Virus record (IMG/VR): IMGVR_UViG_3300015603_000077
Location: 1 to 47,661 of that record
From: a virus
Taxonomy: Duplodnaviria; Caudoviricetes
Length of the DNA: 47,661 nucleotides
Direction: 5' to 3' (one strand)
Part shown: positions 14,686 through 24,508 of the stretch, in pieces
Layout: each line of letters opens with the position of its first letter
How positions within the stretch are numbered: the first letter of the stretch is position 1
Notes under the pieces: model-generated
Database searches by the model: none
Told to the model about the DNA's origin: nothing
What the model saw: the letters and a program-made list of their open reading frames with translations, nothing else
Position numbers and translations under genes: made by a program

Positions 14686-16521
14686 ATGGCAGAATATAAA
14701 CACGCCGAGATTGACCAAGAAACAAAAGCCGGATCTCTTTTCCGCCCATCTATGGAAGAGGTCAAGGTTGTTCAGCGTGTTTACCAAAGATTCTTGGATA
14801 TGCAACGCGAGCGGAACAAACCACGGCGCGAATTTGATGGCAGAACATTGGAACAATATGTTCGTGATTCGATGGATGCTTATAATGGAATCGTCTCAGA
14901 TGAAATAAAGGCTACCAAAGATAATTGGCAGTCGCTTTCTTGGGACCATCTCACGCGTGGAAAGGTCAATACCACGATCGCAATGATTGTTGGTATGCGT
15001 CCGTTTATGTCTCTTACTGGAAAGAATCGAGCATCCCATGTATTTTCTGATAATATGCTCGATGTATATGAGGATACTTGGAAACAAGAGAAAGGTTCAT
15101 ATAAGCTTTTCCTTCAGGCTTTATCTGCCGCATGTAAAGGGACGGTTGTTGTTGAGGAAATGTATACTGAACAATGGGTAAACAGAAAAGATATTACCAG
15201 CATTGATCAGGAAACCGGACAGATTGATTATGTAGAAAAAAGAGTTATCAAAGGAGGGGTAGGGAAAGTTGAGTCCGAGATTGTTGATTTGTTGGAATTT
15301 TATCCAAACGAAAATTCGTCCGAGATTGAACACGATTGTTGCAAGCTAAAGAAATACACAAAGAAAGACTTTTTAAACATCTTTGGAAAATATCCAAACG
15401 CAGAATTTGTTACGTCCGGTACGATGAAGTATGACCACGATAGTGCTTCTTACAAAGAAGAGACCACTGATAAATCAAGTCTTATTTCAGTTTTAAAATA
15501 CTACAATGAAGACTGGGATGAATACATAATCCTAGCAAATAACTTTTGGCTCAACAAACAGAAGTCTGACAAAATAGCTCCTGTTCCTTTTGATCATCAT
15601 CGTCTTCCTTTTGGGAAGGGCGTATTTGAACTGGCTGATGAGAAGTGTTTTTATGGAAAGTCTTTACCAGACCTTACGCGCGGCGAACAAGATCCGGCCA
15701 ACGCCGTTGAGAGATTGATGGTTGATCGTGAAATCTTGTCGCTCAATCGCGGATATGTTTTGGGTAGCGGAGTTGAGATTGATAGTTATGAACTCTATCC
15801 TGGGTCAACAAAACATATCACAGGAGGAAATCCTAACCTTCCAATCGACCATCAGATCATGGAACAGCCGATGAGCGGCGCGAACCAGTCCGGATTCCAA
15901 CTCTTAGGAATGTTGAAAAACAATTCTAACGTAAATACTGCTATTGATCCGACAGCTTCTGGTGTTCATTCTGGACGAAAGACAAAGGGTGAGGCAATGC
16001 TTCTTGATGAGAACTCTCGCCGGAATATGGGACCTTTCACTATCCAGATCTACAAGTTGCTTTGGGACCGGGCCGAATTGCGTATCCCGAACATTGTTCA
16101 GTTCTACACTTCTCCGTTGCAAACTGAGGTTTTGAAAGATAAACAGGGTGATCCGATATTGGATGCTAATGGTGATACACAAGAAGTTAAAAAGACATAT
16201 CGAGAAATTGCTGTAGATAAGCCAGGGAAAAATACAAAATGGTTTGAAGTTGACCCTCAAATGAAAGGGACGACCTACAATATTCGATTCGTTGAAGATT
16301 ACGAAATGCCACAATCTCAGTCTGCACGACTTGAAATGGCCAAGGCAATGATGGATGAAGCCAAGACGAACCCATTGCTTAATGCTGATGAAATTACTAT
16401 TGAATACATCGAATCACTTCGAAAGAATCCGGGCCGTTTTTACATCAAGCCAGACGCAAAGGCTGTTGCCTTTCAAAATGGTCAAGGAATACCACCTAAG
16501 AATTTACCACCAGCACGATAA
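14686..16521 (+). CDS. portal protein
   Basis: 611 aa directly after terL; PFDH..LPF...FYGKSLPDL..EQ motif of podovirus-type portals. Confidence 0.85.
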   Translation: MAEYKHAEIDQETKAGSLFRPSMEEVKVVQRVYQRFLDMQRERNKPRREFDGRTLEQYVRDSMDAYNGIVSDEIKATKDNWQSLSWDHLTRGKVNTTIAMIVGMRPFMSLTGKNRASHVFSDNMLDVYEDTWKQEKGSYKLFLQALSAACKGTVVVEEMYTEQWVNRKDITSIDQETGQIDYVEKRVIKGGVGKVESEIVDLLEFYPNENSSEIEHDCCKLKKYTKKDFLNIFGKYPNAEFVTSGTMKYDHDSASYKEETTDKSSLISVLKYYNEDWDEYIILANNFWLNKQKSDKIAPVPFDHHRLPFGKGVFELADEKCFYGKSLPDLTRGEQDPANAVERLMVDREILSLNRGYVLGSGVEIDSYELYPGSTKHITGGNPNLPIDHQIMEQPMSGANQSGFQLLGMLKNNSNVNTAIDPTASGVHSGRKTKGEAMLLDENSRRNMGPFTIQIYKLLWDRAELRIPNIVQFYTSPLQTEVLKDKQGDPILDANGDTQEVKKTYREIAVDKPGKNTKWFEVDPQMKGTTYNIRFVEDYEMPQSQSARLEMAKAMMDEAKTNPLLNADEITIEYIESLRKNPGRFYIKPDAKAVAFQNGQGIPPKNLPPAR

Positions 16522-16841
16522 TGAAAAACTTTCTCATAAATTTATTGTTCAGGTATTATTTCAAGGATACCTACAACGAACCACTGAGTGAACAACAGCA
16601 GGATTACTTGCTGACAAAAATTTCGAACACTCAGGGAATGGAATTGTTACCATTATTTTTAGCGCAGTGTGCTACTAATGCCCGGAACAAATATCTTTAC
16701 ACAAATGATCCAGTTTTTAAGGGTTCGATTATGGCATATACATATTTAATTGATCAGATTAAGAAAAGAAAAGTATCTGCTCCAAAAAAAGATTTGACTC
16801 CAGACGAGAAAGTTGGTATAATGAGGGGTAGAGGATATTGA
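16521..16841 (+). CDS. small head-region protein
   Basis: TAATG coupling with portal; position before scaffold. Confidence 0.6.
   Translation: MKNFLINLLFRYYFKDTYNEPLSEQQQDYLLTKISNTQGMELLPLFLAQCATNARNKYLYTNDPVFKGSIMAYTYLIDQIKKRKVSAPKKDLTPDEKVGIMRGRGY
16794..16822 (+). promoter_or_regulatory. sigma70 promoter for the scaffold/capsid operon
   Basis: TTGACT-17-TATAAT with TG extension, inside the 3' end of the upstream ORF. Confidence 0.7.
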
Positions 16842-17040
16842 GTTCTCTTAACAACTTCCATCACACTCTTATTGAGGAATGAAGCTTTGTTCTTAATATC
16901 TTTGTGATGGGAGATATTCTGAGCAAAACTCCATGACTTAATATCATGGAGTTTTAATTTATAATAGCTCACTCGCGGGATGCCACCCGGTTCAATGGAT
17001 TCGTCCATCGTGAACAAAACAGGTTAGAGCCAAAAAAATT

Positions 17041-17802
17041 ATGGACCCAGTTAAGAAAGAAGCCGAAGCAACCGTTGACGCCGATAAAATTGAGAAGACT
17101 GCTGAGGAATTGGCAACCGATCAAAAAAAGGCCGAGGAAGATAAGGCGAAAAAGGACGAATTTGAAAAAGAAAACGATGTCGTTCCTTCAGGTAAATATA
17201 ATGAGTCTATTCGCAAACAACGTGAACTAGAACTCAAAAACCGAGAATTGGAGAAAAAGCTTCAAGACCAGGGATCAAATATTAAGCCTGTAAAGAAAGA
17301 GGTTATCGAAGAAGAACAAGAGGAAGACGAGGATGATGAAGATTTCTTTGGTGAAAAGAAAAAACCAGTGAAAAATGAAATCGACCTTGAGGTCATTGAG
17401 CCTATTTCTAGGGAGGTAAAAGAACTTAGAGAGAGGATTGACCAGCGCGACGCTAGTGATAAAGAAAAACAGCGTAGCACTTTCTTTAAGGCCCATCCGG
17501 AATATTTAACTGATGCCGTGAAGTGGCAAGAACTCTTGGATGAAATGGATAATTCTCTTAACCCTCATTCAAAGGACGGCTATTATAAGCAGCTTACTAA
17601 GGCTCATCGCCTCATCTCAGGGGACAGTGTAGTCCAACATACTGAGATTGATAAGAAGAAAGCTGAAATGGCAGCAGAACTCGCCGGAAAAGGCGATGGT
17701 TCTCAAAAAGCTCCTGATAATAGTAAACCAGAATTGGATGAGCGCTCGTTACGATTAGCAAATAAGATGCCAAAAGGATACGAGTTTAAGAAGAAGGAGT
17801 AA
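17041..17802 (+). CDS. capsid scaffolding protein
   Basis: highly charged coiled-coil between portal and capsid genes. Confidence 0.7.
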   Translation: MDPVKKEAEATVDADKIEKTAEELATDQKKAEEDKAKKDEFEKENDVVPSGKYNESIRKQRELELKNRELEKKLQDQGSNIKPVKKEVIEEEQEEDEDDEDFFGEKKKPVKNEIDLEVIEPISREVKELRERIDQRDASDKEKQRSTFFKAHPEYLTDAVKWQELLDEMDNSLNPHSKDGYYKQLTKAHRLISGDSVVQHTEIDKKKAEMAAELAGKGDGSQKAPDNSKPELDERSLRLANKMPKGYEFKKKE

Positions 17803-17823
17803 TAAATTTAATTTTAAAATCGT

Positions 17824-18228
17824 ATGAAATATAAGTTCAAAGACGGAGAACGAATCCGTACGATAATCGCACCAATTGCTACAGGGACAGCAATTCTTCC
17901 TGGTGATTTGGTAGCGATGGCATCGGGTTTGATCGTTTTAGGTGCAGCAGCTTCAGCTAAATTGGCGTATTGCCCAGATGGACATCCTGCTAATAGCGGA
18001 ACAGAAATAGTTGTGACTGTTGGAAACGACTTCACATTGGTTGGAGAAGGCGACGAAGTGTTTGCTGATACTTACCGAGCTGGTGAGTATGATTTGAATG
18101 ATACAACTCAAACAATCAATTATGGAGCAAGTTCCACTGATGTATTGACAGTATCTATTGGTAAAGACGCAGGAGTAGTCGGAACTGCGACCGGAGTTGA
18201 AGTAAGAATTAACAAACCTTTGTTCTAG
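17824..18228 (+). CDS. capsid cement/decoration protein
   Basis: 134 aa, A.GTAILPGDLV motif, immediately before the major capsid gene. Confidence 0.6.
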   Translation: MKYKFKDGERIRTIIAPIATGTAILPGDLVAMASGLIVLGAAASAKLAYCPDGHPANSGTEIVVTVGNDFTLVGEGDEVFADTYRAGEYDLNDTTQTINYGASSTDVLTVSIGKDAGVVGTATGVEVRINKPLF

Positions 18229-18258
18229 TCATAACTGACTGAGTAAAAGTGAAAAATT

Positions 18259-19203
18259 ATGACACCACAAGAATTTGCCTTACAGGCTATCAAAGGAATT
18301 GCGTATTCTTTTGACAACGGTATGTCCAGCAAGTTGGATCTCTATGTAGATAGCCGTGTTATCGATATGTACGACACTGATGAAGTGTTCGAGATCTTCA
18401 CAAGCACAGAAGGAATGACCGGTGCTAAGAAATTGGCACGAAGAGAAGCTGCTCCTATCTTGAGTCTTGAAGATGGATATTCAGTGCAAATCCAAGAAAA
18501 TACTTTTGGAGGTGCTATTGAAGTTCCTTTCGAAGATTATCGAAGATGGCAGAAAGATTCGACTCTCCATGTTGACCAATACTTGGCCCGACAGCGAGAT
18601 ATGCTTATGCTCACAAACACAAAGTTGTTTGTTGACGAAGCATTTATGTTCTTCAATTACGCGTTTGTTACGACATATTACGCAGCTCCTGATACCAAAG
18701 CATTTATTGCTACGGATCATACCTGGAACACTCCTGGTGCTGCTACTTTCAGTAACAAATTGACTCAAGTTTTCAGTCAGAGTGCTATTGAAACTCTCGA
18801 AGAAAATGCTGGTGCATTTAAAACTTCTGATGGGAAAGAACTTCCTTTGGATTTTGATGTAATCGTTGTGAAGAAAGGTTCTGCTAACGAACGTGAAGCT
18901 CGTCGATTGTTCGCTGAAAAGATTAACCCTACAGCAGTAGGTGACATCAACCTTTACGAAGGTACAAAGACAATCGTTGCACTTCCACAAATTTCATCTG
19001 CCAACAAAAATTACTGGTTTGCTCATGCTTCTGGTCTTGTGACTGGAAACTCCTTGAGAATCGGTATTGGTATGAAGCCTACATTGCAGGAGGGTCAAGT
19101 ACAGAAAAACCTCGCTATCTACACTCCTTGTGTCGGTATCTGGAAGCAGGGTATTGTGAACATGCCTTTTGACTGGGTTGGTTCTGACGGAACTACTGTC
19201 TAG
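18259..19203 (+). CDS. major capsid protein (Mu gpT-like)
   Basis: 314 aa; D.KAF.ATDH, L.....IVV, A.RL, N.WF, GSDGT C-terminus; followed by hairpins. Confidence 0.75.
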   Translation: MTPQEFALQAIKGIAYSFDNGMSSKLDLYVDSRVIDMYDTDEVFEIFTSTEGMTGAKKLARREAAPILSLEDGYSVQIQENTFGGAIEVPFEDYRRWQKDSTLHVDQYLARQRDMLMLTNTKLFVDEAFMFFNYAFVTTYYAAPDTKAFIATDHTWNTPGAATFSNKLTQVFSQSAIETLEENAGAFKTSDGKELPLDFDVIVVKKGSANEREARRLFAEKINPTAVGDINLYEGTKTIVALPQISSANKNYWFAHASGLVTGNSLRIGIGMKPTLQEGQVQKNLAIYTPCVGIWKQGIVNMPFDWVGSDGTTV

Positions 19204-19215
19204 TAGTACCTACTT

Positions 19216-19260
19216 GGGCCGGTGAAATTCCGGCCCTACTGGAGGGGCGTAATTCCCCTT
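19216..19260 (+). terminator. twin hairpins after the capsid gene (stabiliser or terminator)
   Basis: GGGCCGG/CCGGCCC and GAGGGG/CCCCTT; no clear U tract. Confidence 0.5.
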
Positions 19261-19290
19261 CACCTACTAATTGGTTAAATTAAAAAAGTT

Positions 19291-20271
19291 ATGGCAACAA
19301 AAAAAGAATATCGCGTAAGTACTCCTGGGGTTACCGGAGGAAAACTCGTTATTGACAATGGTGGAAATGTTATTTCGAATGGTTTTTATGGGAATATCTT
19401 CTTCGTTGATTATACTAACGGACAAGATACTAACGACGGTCGTTCTCCTAGCGCAGCTTTCAAGACGATTGCTGCTGCTTATGCTGCTTGTGTAACTAAT
19501 CATAACGATATGGTCGTTCTGTTAGGGCAAGCAAGCCATGTGCTTACAGCCATGCTTAATATCACTAAGAGTAGGATTACTTTTGTTGGTGTTGGCCCAG
19601 CTCGCGCTTATGGTCAAGTAGCAAAGATTACCATGGGAGTAACCACTGACACAGCTGATGTGTTTATGGTTAAGAATACCGGTATCCGGAACTCTTTCCA
19701 TAATATTAAGTTCTCAAATGGAAACACGTTGACTCAAAATGTCGCGGCCGTTGGAGAAGGTGGTGAATATTCTGTATATGAAGATTGTGAGTTCTACGAT
19801 TCAACAAAATTGACATCTGATACTCATGCAGAATTGGTATTGAATGGAGATTCAGCACAATTCACAAATTGTACTTTTGGATCTTTAGCTGATGCAGTAT
19901 CTGGAGACAAAGTTCGTCCAGCAGTTCTTTTGACTGCTGCAACCGTCGCAACCGGGAAGGTTTCTCGTGATGTATTGTTTGATGGGTGCCGTTTCTGGAA
20001 ACAAGCTGGTGGTACTACTACCGCTATGGTGAAGGGCGGAGCTGCAGATGTTGAACGAGTTATGGAATTTCATGACTGTCAGTTTGTGGCTAATGTTCTT
20101 GGCTCTCAGCCAGCAGTTGCTATCGCAGTTGCTACGCTGACAGTTGGACAAATCATCTTAACTGGTGATACTTGCTCATTCGAATGTACTAAGATTGCTA
20201 CTGCTACCGGAGTATTTAGTGGTCTCAGTGCTAAAGTTGCTACAGCCACTATTGGTTTGCAAACAACTTAA
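19291..20271 (+). CDS. beta-helix virion protein (pectin-lyase-like)
   Basis: FFVD..NG.D.NDG.S...AFKTI.AA N-terminus and repeated F.NC.F units. Confidence 0.7.
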   Translation: MATKKEYRVSTPGVTGGKLVIDNGGNVISNGFYGNIFFVDYTNGQDTNDGRSPSAAFKTIAAAYAACVTNHNDMVVLLGQASHVLTAMLNITKSRITFVGVGPARAYGQVAKITMGVTTDTADVFMVKNTGIRNSFHNIKFSNGNTLTQNVAAVGEGGEYSVYEDCEFYDSTKLTSDTHAELVLNGDSAQFTNCTFGSLADAVSGDKVRPAVLLTAATVATGKVSRDVLFDGCRFWKQAGGTTTAMVKGGAADVERVMEFHDCQFVANVLGSQPAVAIAVATLTVGQIILTGDTCSFECTKIATATGVFSGLSAKVATATIGLQTT

Positions 20272-20295
20272 TTCTTTAAAAATTGAATATTTGCA

Positions 20296-20320
20296 GACTG
20301 GAGACAAAAAATCTCCAGTC
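20296..20320 (+). terminator. hairpin, possible terminator
   Basis: GACTGGAGA/TCTCCAGTC. Confidence 0.5.
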
Positions 20321-20349
20321 AATCAAGTAATTAATTTAACTAAAAATAT

Positions 20350-20694
20350 ATGTCAGGACAATTATTTTCATTTGAGGGACGTTTTATTACGCTTGCCCAG
20401 ATCAATATGATCAAGGAGAGTCGAGTTAGAGAAGCTGAAATTGCAAAAGAACCAGTAGTAAAAACTAAAAAGATGACAGCGAAAGAGGCATTAAAAGCTA
20501 GCGAAATTGCAGCAACTCCAGTTGAAGAAACTGTAACTGAGGATATTGATCCTGCCACTCTTTCTGAAGACGAGGTTATTGTGGTTCCTGATCCTTCTGA
20601 AGAGGTTGTAGCGCCAGTAGTCGAAAAGACTAAGGCCGAAAAGAAGGCTGAAGCAAAGGCAGCAAAAGCGGCAGCTAAGAAATCTAAAAAATAA
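20350..20694 (+). CDS. low-complexity E/K/A-rich protein
   Basis: ORF in the structural region. Confidence 0.6.
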   Translation: MSGQLFSFEGRFITLAQINMIKESRVREAEIAKEPVVKTKKMTAKEALKASEIAATPVEETVTEDIDPATLSEDEVIVVPDPSEEVVAPVVEKTKAEKKAEAKAAKAAAKKSKK

Positions 20695-20699
20695 GTAAT

Positions 20700-21065
20700 A
20701 TGCTTACAAGATTTAGAAAAGTTATTGATGCCGTAACCGCAACTACAACATCGGATCCTATTGATGTGAAGTATGCAAAACGAGTAGTATTGATGTTACA
20801 ACGTGCAAACCATAGCTCTGGATCGAGTACTTTCACAGTATTGGGTTCTGTAGATGGAGGTGTTACATACGTTGCTCTCAATATTTTGCGAGACAACGCA
20901 ACTGGAGTTCTCACTTTGGTAGCGAACAAGGTATTGAGTGCCGATGGATATGCCTTGGTATCACTCGATCTTGATGAAACCGGGTTTGCTCTCGATTACA
21001 TTAAAGTGGTTGTAACAGAAACAACAGATGGGACACATTCTGCCAGCGTGTATATTGTTGCATAA
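20700..21065 (+). CDS. small beta-sandwich virion protein
   Basis: TVLGSVDGGVTY...YIKVV pattern. Confidence 0.55.
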   Translation: MLTRFRKVIDAVTATTTSDPIDVKYAKRVVLMLQRANHSSGSSTFTVLGSVDGGVTYVALNILRDNATGVLTLVANKVLSADGYALVSLDLDETGFALDYIKVVVTETTDGTHSASVYIVA

Positions 21066-21109
21066 AAAGTAATCTCTGGCATAAGTTCTACGGTTAAGCC
21101 GATTAGCTT

Positions 21110-21138
21110 ACTGCCAACCTAAAAATTGGCAGTTTTTT
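21110..21138 (+). terminator. intrinsic terminator
   Basis: ACTGCCAA-loop-TTGGCAGT-TTTTT. Confidence 0.7.
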
Positions 21139-21147
21139 ATTAAAAAC

Positions 21148-22554
21148 ATGATACGACCAAAGCTAAAAATTATCGGAATGCCAACTGGATCGCAAGGTCC
21201 ATCAGGCCCATCTGGAGCGAATAGTACCGTTTCGGGGCCTTCGGGTCCCCAAGGCCCATCAGGGCCATCTGGTTCCGATTCAATAGTTAGCGGTCCGCAA
21301 GGTCCTAGCGGTCCTTCTGGTCCACAAGGTAATGCGTCAACTGTATCTGGCCCCTCAGGCCCATCGGGTCCTTCAGGTCCATCAGGTGCAAATTCAACCG
21401 TCTCAGGTCCTAGCGGTCCATCAGGTGCTAACTCAACTGTGTCTGGTCCATCAGGACCGTCCGGTGCGAATAGCACGGTATCGGGACCTAGCGGCCCTAG
21501 TGGTGCAAACTCGACTGTAAGTGGCCCCTCAGGCCCATCGGGTGCAAATAGTACAGTATCTGGCCCCTCCGGTCCCTCTGGCGCAAATAGTACCGTATCG
21601 GGTCCCTCAGGTCCGTCTGGAGAAAACTCGACAGTTTCAGGCCCATCGGGTCCTAGTGGGGCTAATTCTACTGTATCAGGACCCAGCGGACCTTCTGGTC
21701 CTTCTGGGGCTAATTCTACTGTATCAGGACCTACCGGCCCATCAGGTCCATCCGGACCCATTGGAGAAGGTGTAACTGCAAGAGGTCCGTGGAGTGGATC
21801 AACAACTTACGATCTTAATGATGTTGTAAGTTATAATAATGTTTCGTGGATTTCATTACAAAATGGGAATCTTAATCATACTCCAGTTGAAGGCGCATAC
21901 TGGTCTGTTTTTGCTGAGCAAGGAGTCTCGGGTCCTTCTGGCCCTTCAGGACCATCAGGCTCAAACTCAACTGTCTCTGGACCTTCTGGACCACAAGGTC
22001 CATCGGGGCCAAGTGGCGCTAATTCTACAGTCTCAGGACCCTCTGGACCTTCTGGTGCTAATTCAACCGTGAGTGGTCCGCAAGGCCCAAGCGGACCTTC
22101 AGGTGCGAACTCTACAGTAAGCGGTCCTTCAGGCCCTAGTGGTGCAAACTCGACTGTAAGTGGCCCCTCAGGCCCATCGGGTGCAAATAGTACAGTATCT
22201 GGCCCGTCTGGACCTTCAGGTCCTAGCGGAGCCAATTCAACGGTATCTGGACCGACAGGCCCTAGTGGACCTAGTGGTGCAAATAGCACAGTTTCAGGCC
22301 CATCAGGACCAAGTGGTCCATCTGGATCTAATAGTACGGTTAGCGGACCACAGGGGCCGTCTGGTCCTTCCGGTGCAAACTCTACAGTCAGCGGTCCTTC
22401 TGGACCGGCTGGCGCGAACTCAACTGTGTCTGGCCCAAGTGGTCCTTCGGGTCCATCGGGTTCTGCCTCTACTGTATCAGGACCTTCCGGCCCATCAGGG
22501 CCATCAGGACCACAAGGCGCCGGTGATTTTCTCGTAACTCAAGTATTTAGTTAA
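21148..22554 (+). CDS. collagen-like fibre with a central CBM5/12-like module
   Basis: (GPS)n-GANSTVS repeats; central WSGSTTYDLNDVVSYNNVSWIS...P....YW. Confidence 0.85.
   Translation: MIRPKLKIIGMPTGSQGPSGPSGANSTVSGPSGPQGPSGPSGSDSIVSGPQGPSGPSGPQGNASTVSGPSGPSGPSGPSGANSTVSGPSGPSGANSTVSGPSGPSGANSTVSGPSGPSGANSTVSGPSGPSGANSTVSGPSGPSGANSTVSGPSGPSGENSTVSGPSGPSGANSTVSGPSGPSGPSGANSTVSGPTGPSGPSGPIGEGVTARGPWSGSTTYDLNDVVSYNNVSWISLQNGNLNHTPVEGAYWSVFAEQGVSGPSGPSGPSGSNSTVSGPSGPQGPSGPSGANSTVSGPSGPSGANSTVSGPQGPSGPSGANSTVSGPSGPSGANSTVSGPSGPSGANSTVSGPSGPSGPSGANSTVSGPTGPSGPSGANSTVSGPSGPSGPSGSNSTVSGPQGPSGPSGANSTVSGPSGPAGANSTVSGPSGPSGPSGSASTVSGPSGPSGPSGPQGAGDFLVTQVFS
21493..22205 (+). repeat. 74-bp exact direct repeat (21493-21566 and 22132-22205)
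   Basis: identical GGCCCTAGTGGTGCAAAC...GTATCTGGCCC in both collagen halves. Confidence 0.85.
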
Positions 22555-22563
22555 CATAACATT

Positions 22564-22923
22564 ATGGCAACAGCAGTAAAAAGACATTTAACAGGCGGAG
22601 CAGACGGACTACCAGTCAAGGTAGTTGCGACTGCCACGCCCGGAACAACAATCCACACCGCAAAAGCAGGAACAACAGACGGAGATTTGGATGAGATATG
22701 GATTTATGCCTATAACGGACATACGTCTGGAGTCGTTTTAACTATTGAGTATGGGGGGGCAACAGTTCCTGACCAAAACATAATTTTAACATTAGCATCA
22801 AAATCAGGATTGACACTTGTTGTTCCAGGGTTGATTTTGCAAAATGGATTAGTAGTAAAAGCGTTTGCTTCCGTGGCTAATGTTGTTACAATAAGTGGTT
22901 TTGTAAATGCTATAACTGACTAA
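22564..22923 (+). CDS. virion structural protein
   Basis: 119-aa beta-rich ORF following the collagen fibre. Confidence 0.55.
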   Translation: MATAVKRHLTGGADGLPVKVVATATPGTTIHTAKAGTTDGDLDEIWIYAYNGHTSGVVLTIEYGGATVPDQNIILTLASKSGLTLVVPGLILQNGLVVKAFASVANVVTISGFVNAITD

Positions 22924-22928
22924 AAAAT

Positions 22929-23663
22929 ATGCCAGAAATATTTGCAGGTGTTTTTCAATCATTATGCAAAGCATATTACAGATTTAATTCTGGTGCTTTG
23001 ACAACTGATGATTCAGGAAATTCACATACTCTCACAGCAATAGCATCTCCTGCTGAAACAGCATCTGGAAAATTTGGATATGGATTATCACTTGGTTCAA
23101 GTGCTGCATATTCAGCAGTAGACCACGCTGATTTTCACCCTACAACAGCATTTTCAATAGGATTTTGGTTCAAAACATCTACTACGGCGACATCAATGCG
23201 TATATTTCAAAGTTATTCAGCAAATGCTGCTGCAAAAGGATTTGTTTTATATATGGATGCTACCCAAGGAATGGTTTTTAGATTAGCTAACACTTCGGAA
23301 TCTTATTGTAATGGTGGCGGATTGAACGCTGCGCATTGTAATGGACAATGGCATCATTGTGTTGCTACTCGTGATAGTTCTAATAATGCATTTATATATA
23401 TAGATGGAGTACAAGTTAGCACTACGGCATCAGTAGTTACACCATCGTATGCTGCAACAAATTATGTCAGAATTGGATGTGATAATACGGCAGGGACTAA
23501 TGGAGGATTCTTTACTGGATTACTTGATGATGTTTTCATAATGCCAACAACTACACTTACTGCCGCACAAGTTTTAGAGATGTACACCGACTTGGTCGCA
23601 ACAACAAATTATCTTACTAATTACCGAGGAAGAAAAAGAACAAGTGGAGCAGTGAGTGTTTAA
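22929..23663 (+). CDS. LamG/concanavalin A-like lectin domain protein
   Basis: YYRFN...DDSGNSHTLT, GKFG, FSIGFWFKT, WHHCVATRD, YIDGV, FTGLLDDV. Confidence 0.85.
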   Translation: MPEIFAGVFQSLCKAYYRFNSGALTTDDSGNSHTLTAIASPAETASGKFGYGLSLGSSAAYSAVDHADFHPTTAFSIGFWFKTSTTATSMRIFQSYSANAAAKGFVLYMDATQGMVFRLANTSESYCNGGGLNAAHCNGQWHHCVATRDSSNNAFIYIDGVQVSTTASVVTPSYAATNYVRIGCDNTAGTNGGFFTGLLDDVFIMPTTTLTAAQVLEMYTDLVATTNYLTNYRGRKRTSGAVSV

Positions 23664-23689
23664 ATAATTAACTAATAGAATCGGTCGAT

Positions 23690-24157
23690 ATGAAAGAGTC
23701 TACAAGCGAAAAACGAGCAGCTACACGTATCATAGCAGATGCTATGCGAGAAGCTGTCAGAACACTTGCCGATGAAGCAAGAGAAGCAAAAAAAGTAGTG
23801 GCTACTGATGCTGCACAGGCTGTTAAAGTTATAGAAAGTGATAATACAGGAGTTTCTAGTTTTATCTACAAGCAACTCTCTTTTGGTTTGTCTATTTTAG
23901 GAATTGTGATTGGAGCTTTTATCTATCTGACGAATCCAACAAAAGATAACAATACCGCTCTTCAACTTCAAGACCAAAGAATATCTTCTCAGCGAATAAC
24001 GATTGATGAACTCACAAAAACCTCACAGAACGATACTCAAGAAGTAAAGGCGGCTGTACGAGATTTGGTCTCACAGGTAAATGCAAACAACATAGCGATT
24101 GAAAAACTTTCGGTTATTCTCCAGGAAAGATTGCCAGCAAACAAAAATATAGAATAA
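23690..24157 (+). CDS. single-TM coiled-coil protein (possibly lysis-related)
   Basis: LSFGLSILGIVIGAFIYL flanked by coiled coils. Confidence 0.55.
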   Translation: MKESTSEKRAATRIIADAMREAVRTLADEAREAKKVVATDAAQAVKVIESDNTGVSSFIYKQLSFGLSILGIVIGAFIYLTNPTKDNNTALQLQDQRISSQRITIDELTKTSQNDTQEVKAAVRDLVSQVNANNIAIEKLSVILQERLPANKNIE

Positions 24158-24218
24158 AGGAATAGAGATGCCTACTTTCGGGCTGGTATCGCCGTTCTTT
24201 TATAACCAGGAGTAAATA

Positions 24219-24455
24219 ATGGCAAAAAATCGTTACAACAAACCAGCACCTGTCCAGTATCAACCTGCAAAGAAAAAGGTTGAAGAAGTCGTGCTTCAGT
24301 TTTCTCCATGCTGTGTTTGTGGCAAGGAGATACTTGAAGGATTTTACGGAAGATGGGGAGAGGGCGGTGTTTGTAGCAAACATTGCAATATCCTAAAAAC
24401 TCAAATGCCACTCAACTTTGGAGAACCACATGGAAACAAGATTCCGAGTTCGTAG
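24219..24455 (+). CDS. small zinc-finger protein
   Basis: CCVCGK...CSKHC. Confidence 0.5.
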   Translation: MAKNRYNKPAPVQYQPAKKKVEEVVLQFSPCCVCGKEILEGFYGRWGEGGVCSKHCNILKTQMPLNFGEPHGNKIPSS

Positions 24456-24507
24456 AGTTCTCGTGTGTATAGTTTTCATTGGAATACTACTGATTCTGGT
24501 GGCATAA
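24430..24507 (+). CDS. 25-aa membrane peptide (not in ORF track)
   Basis: METRFRVRRVLVCIVFIGILLILVA. Confidence 0.45.
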   Translation: METRFRVRRVLVCIVFIGILLILVA

Positions 24508-24508
24508 T

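Noticed and set aside
21108-22289. minus-strand GP-repeat ORFs
   Set aside because: antisense shadows of the collagen gene
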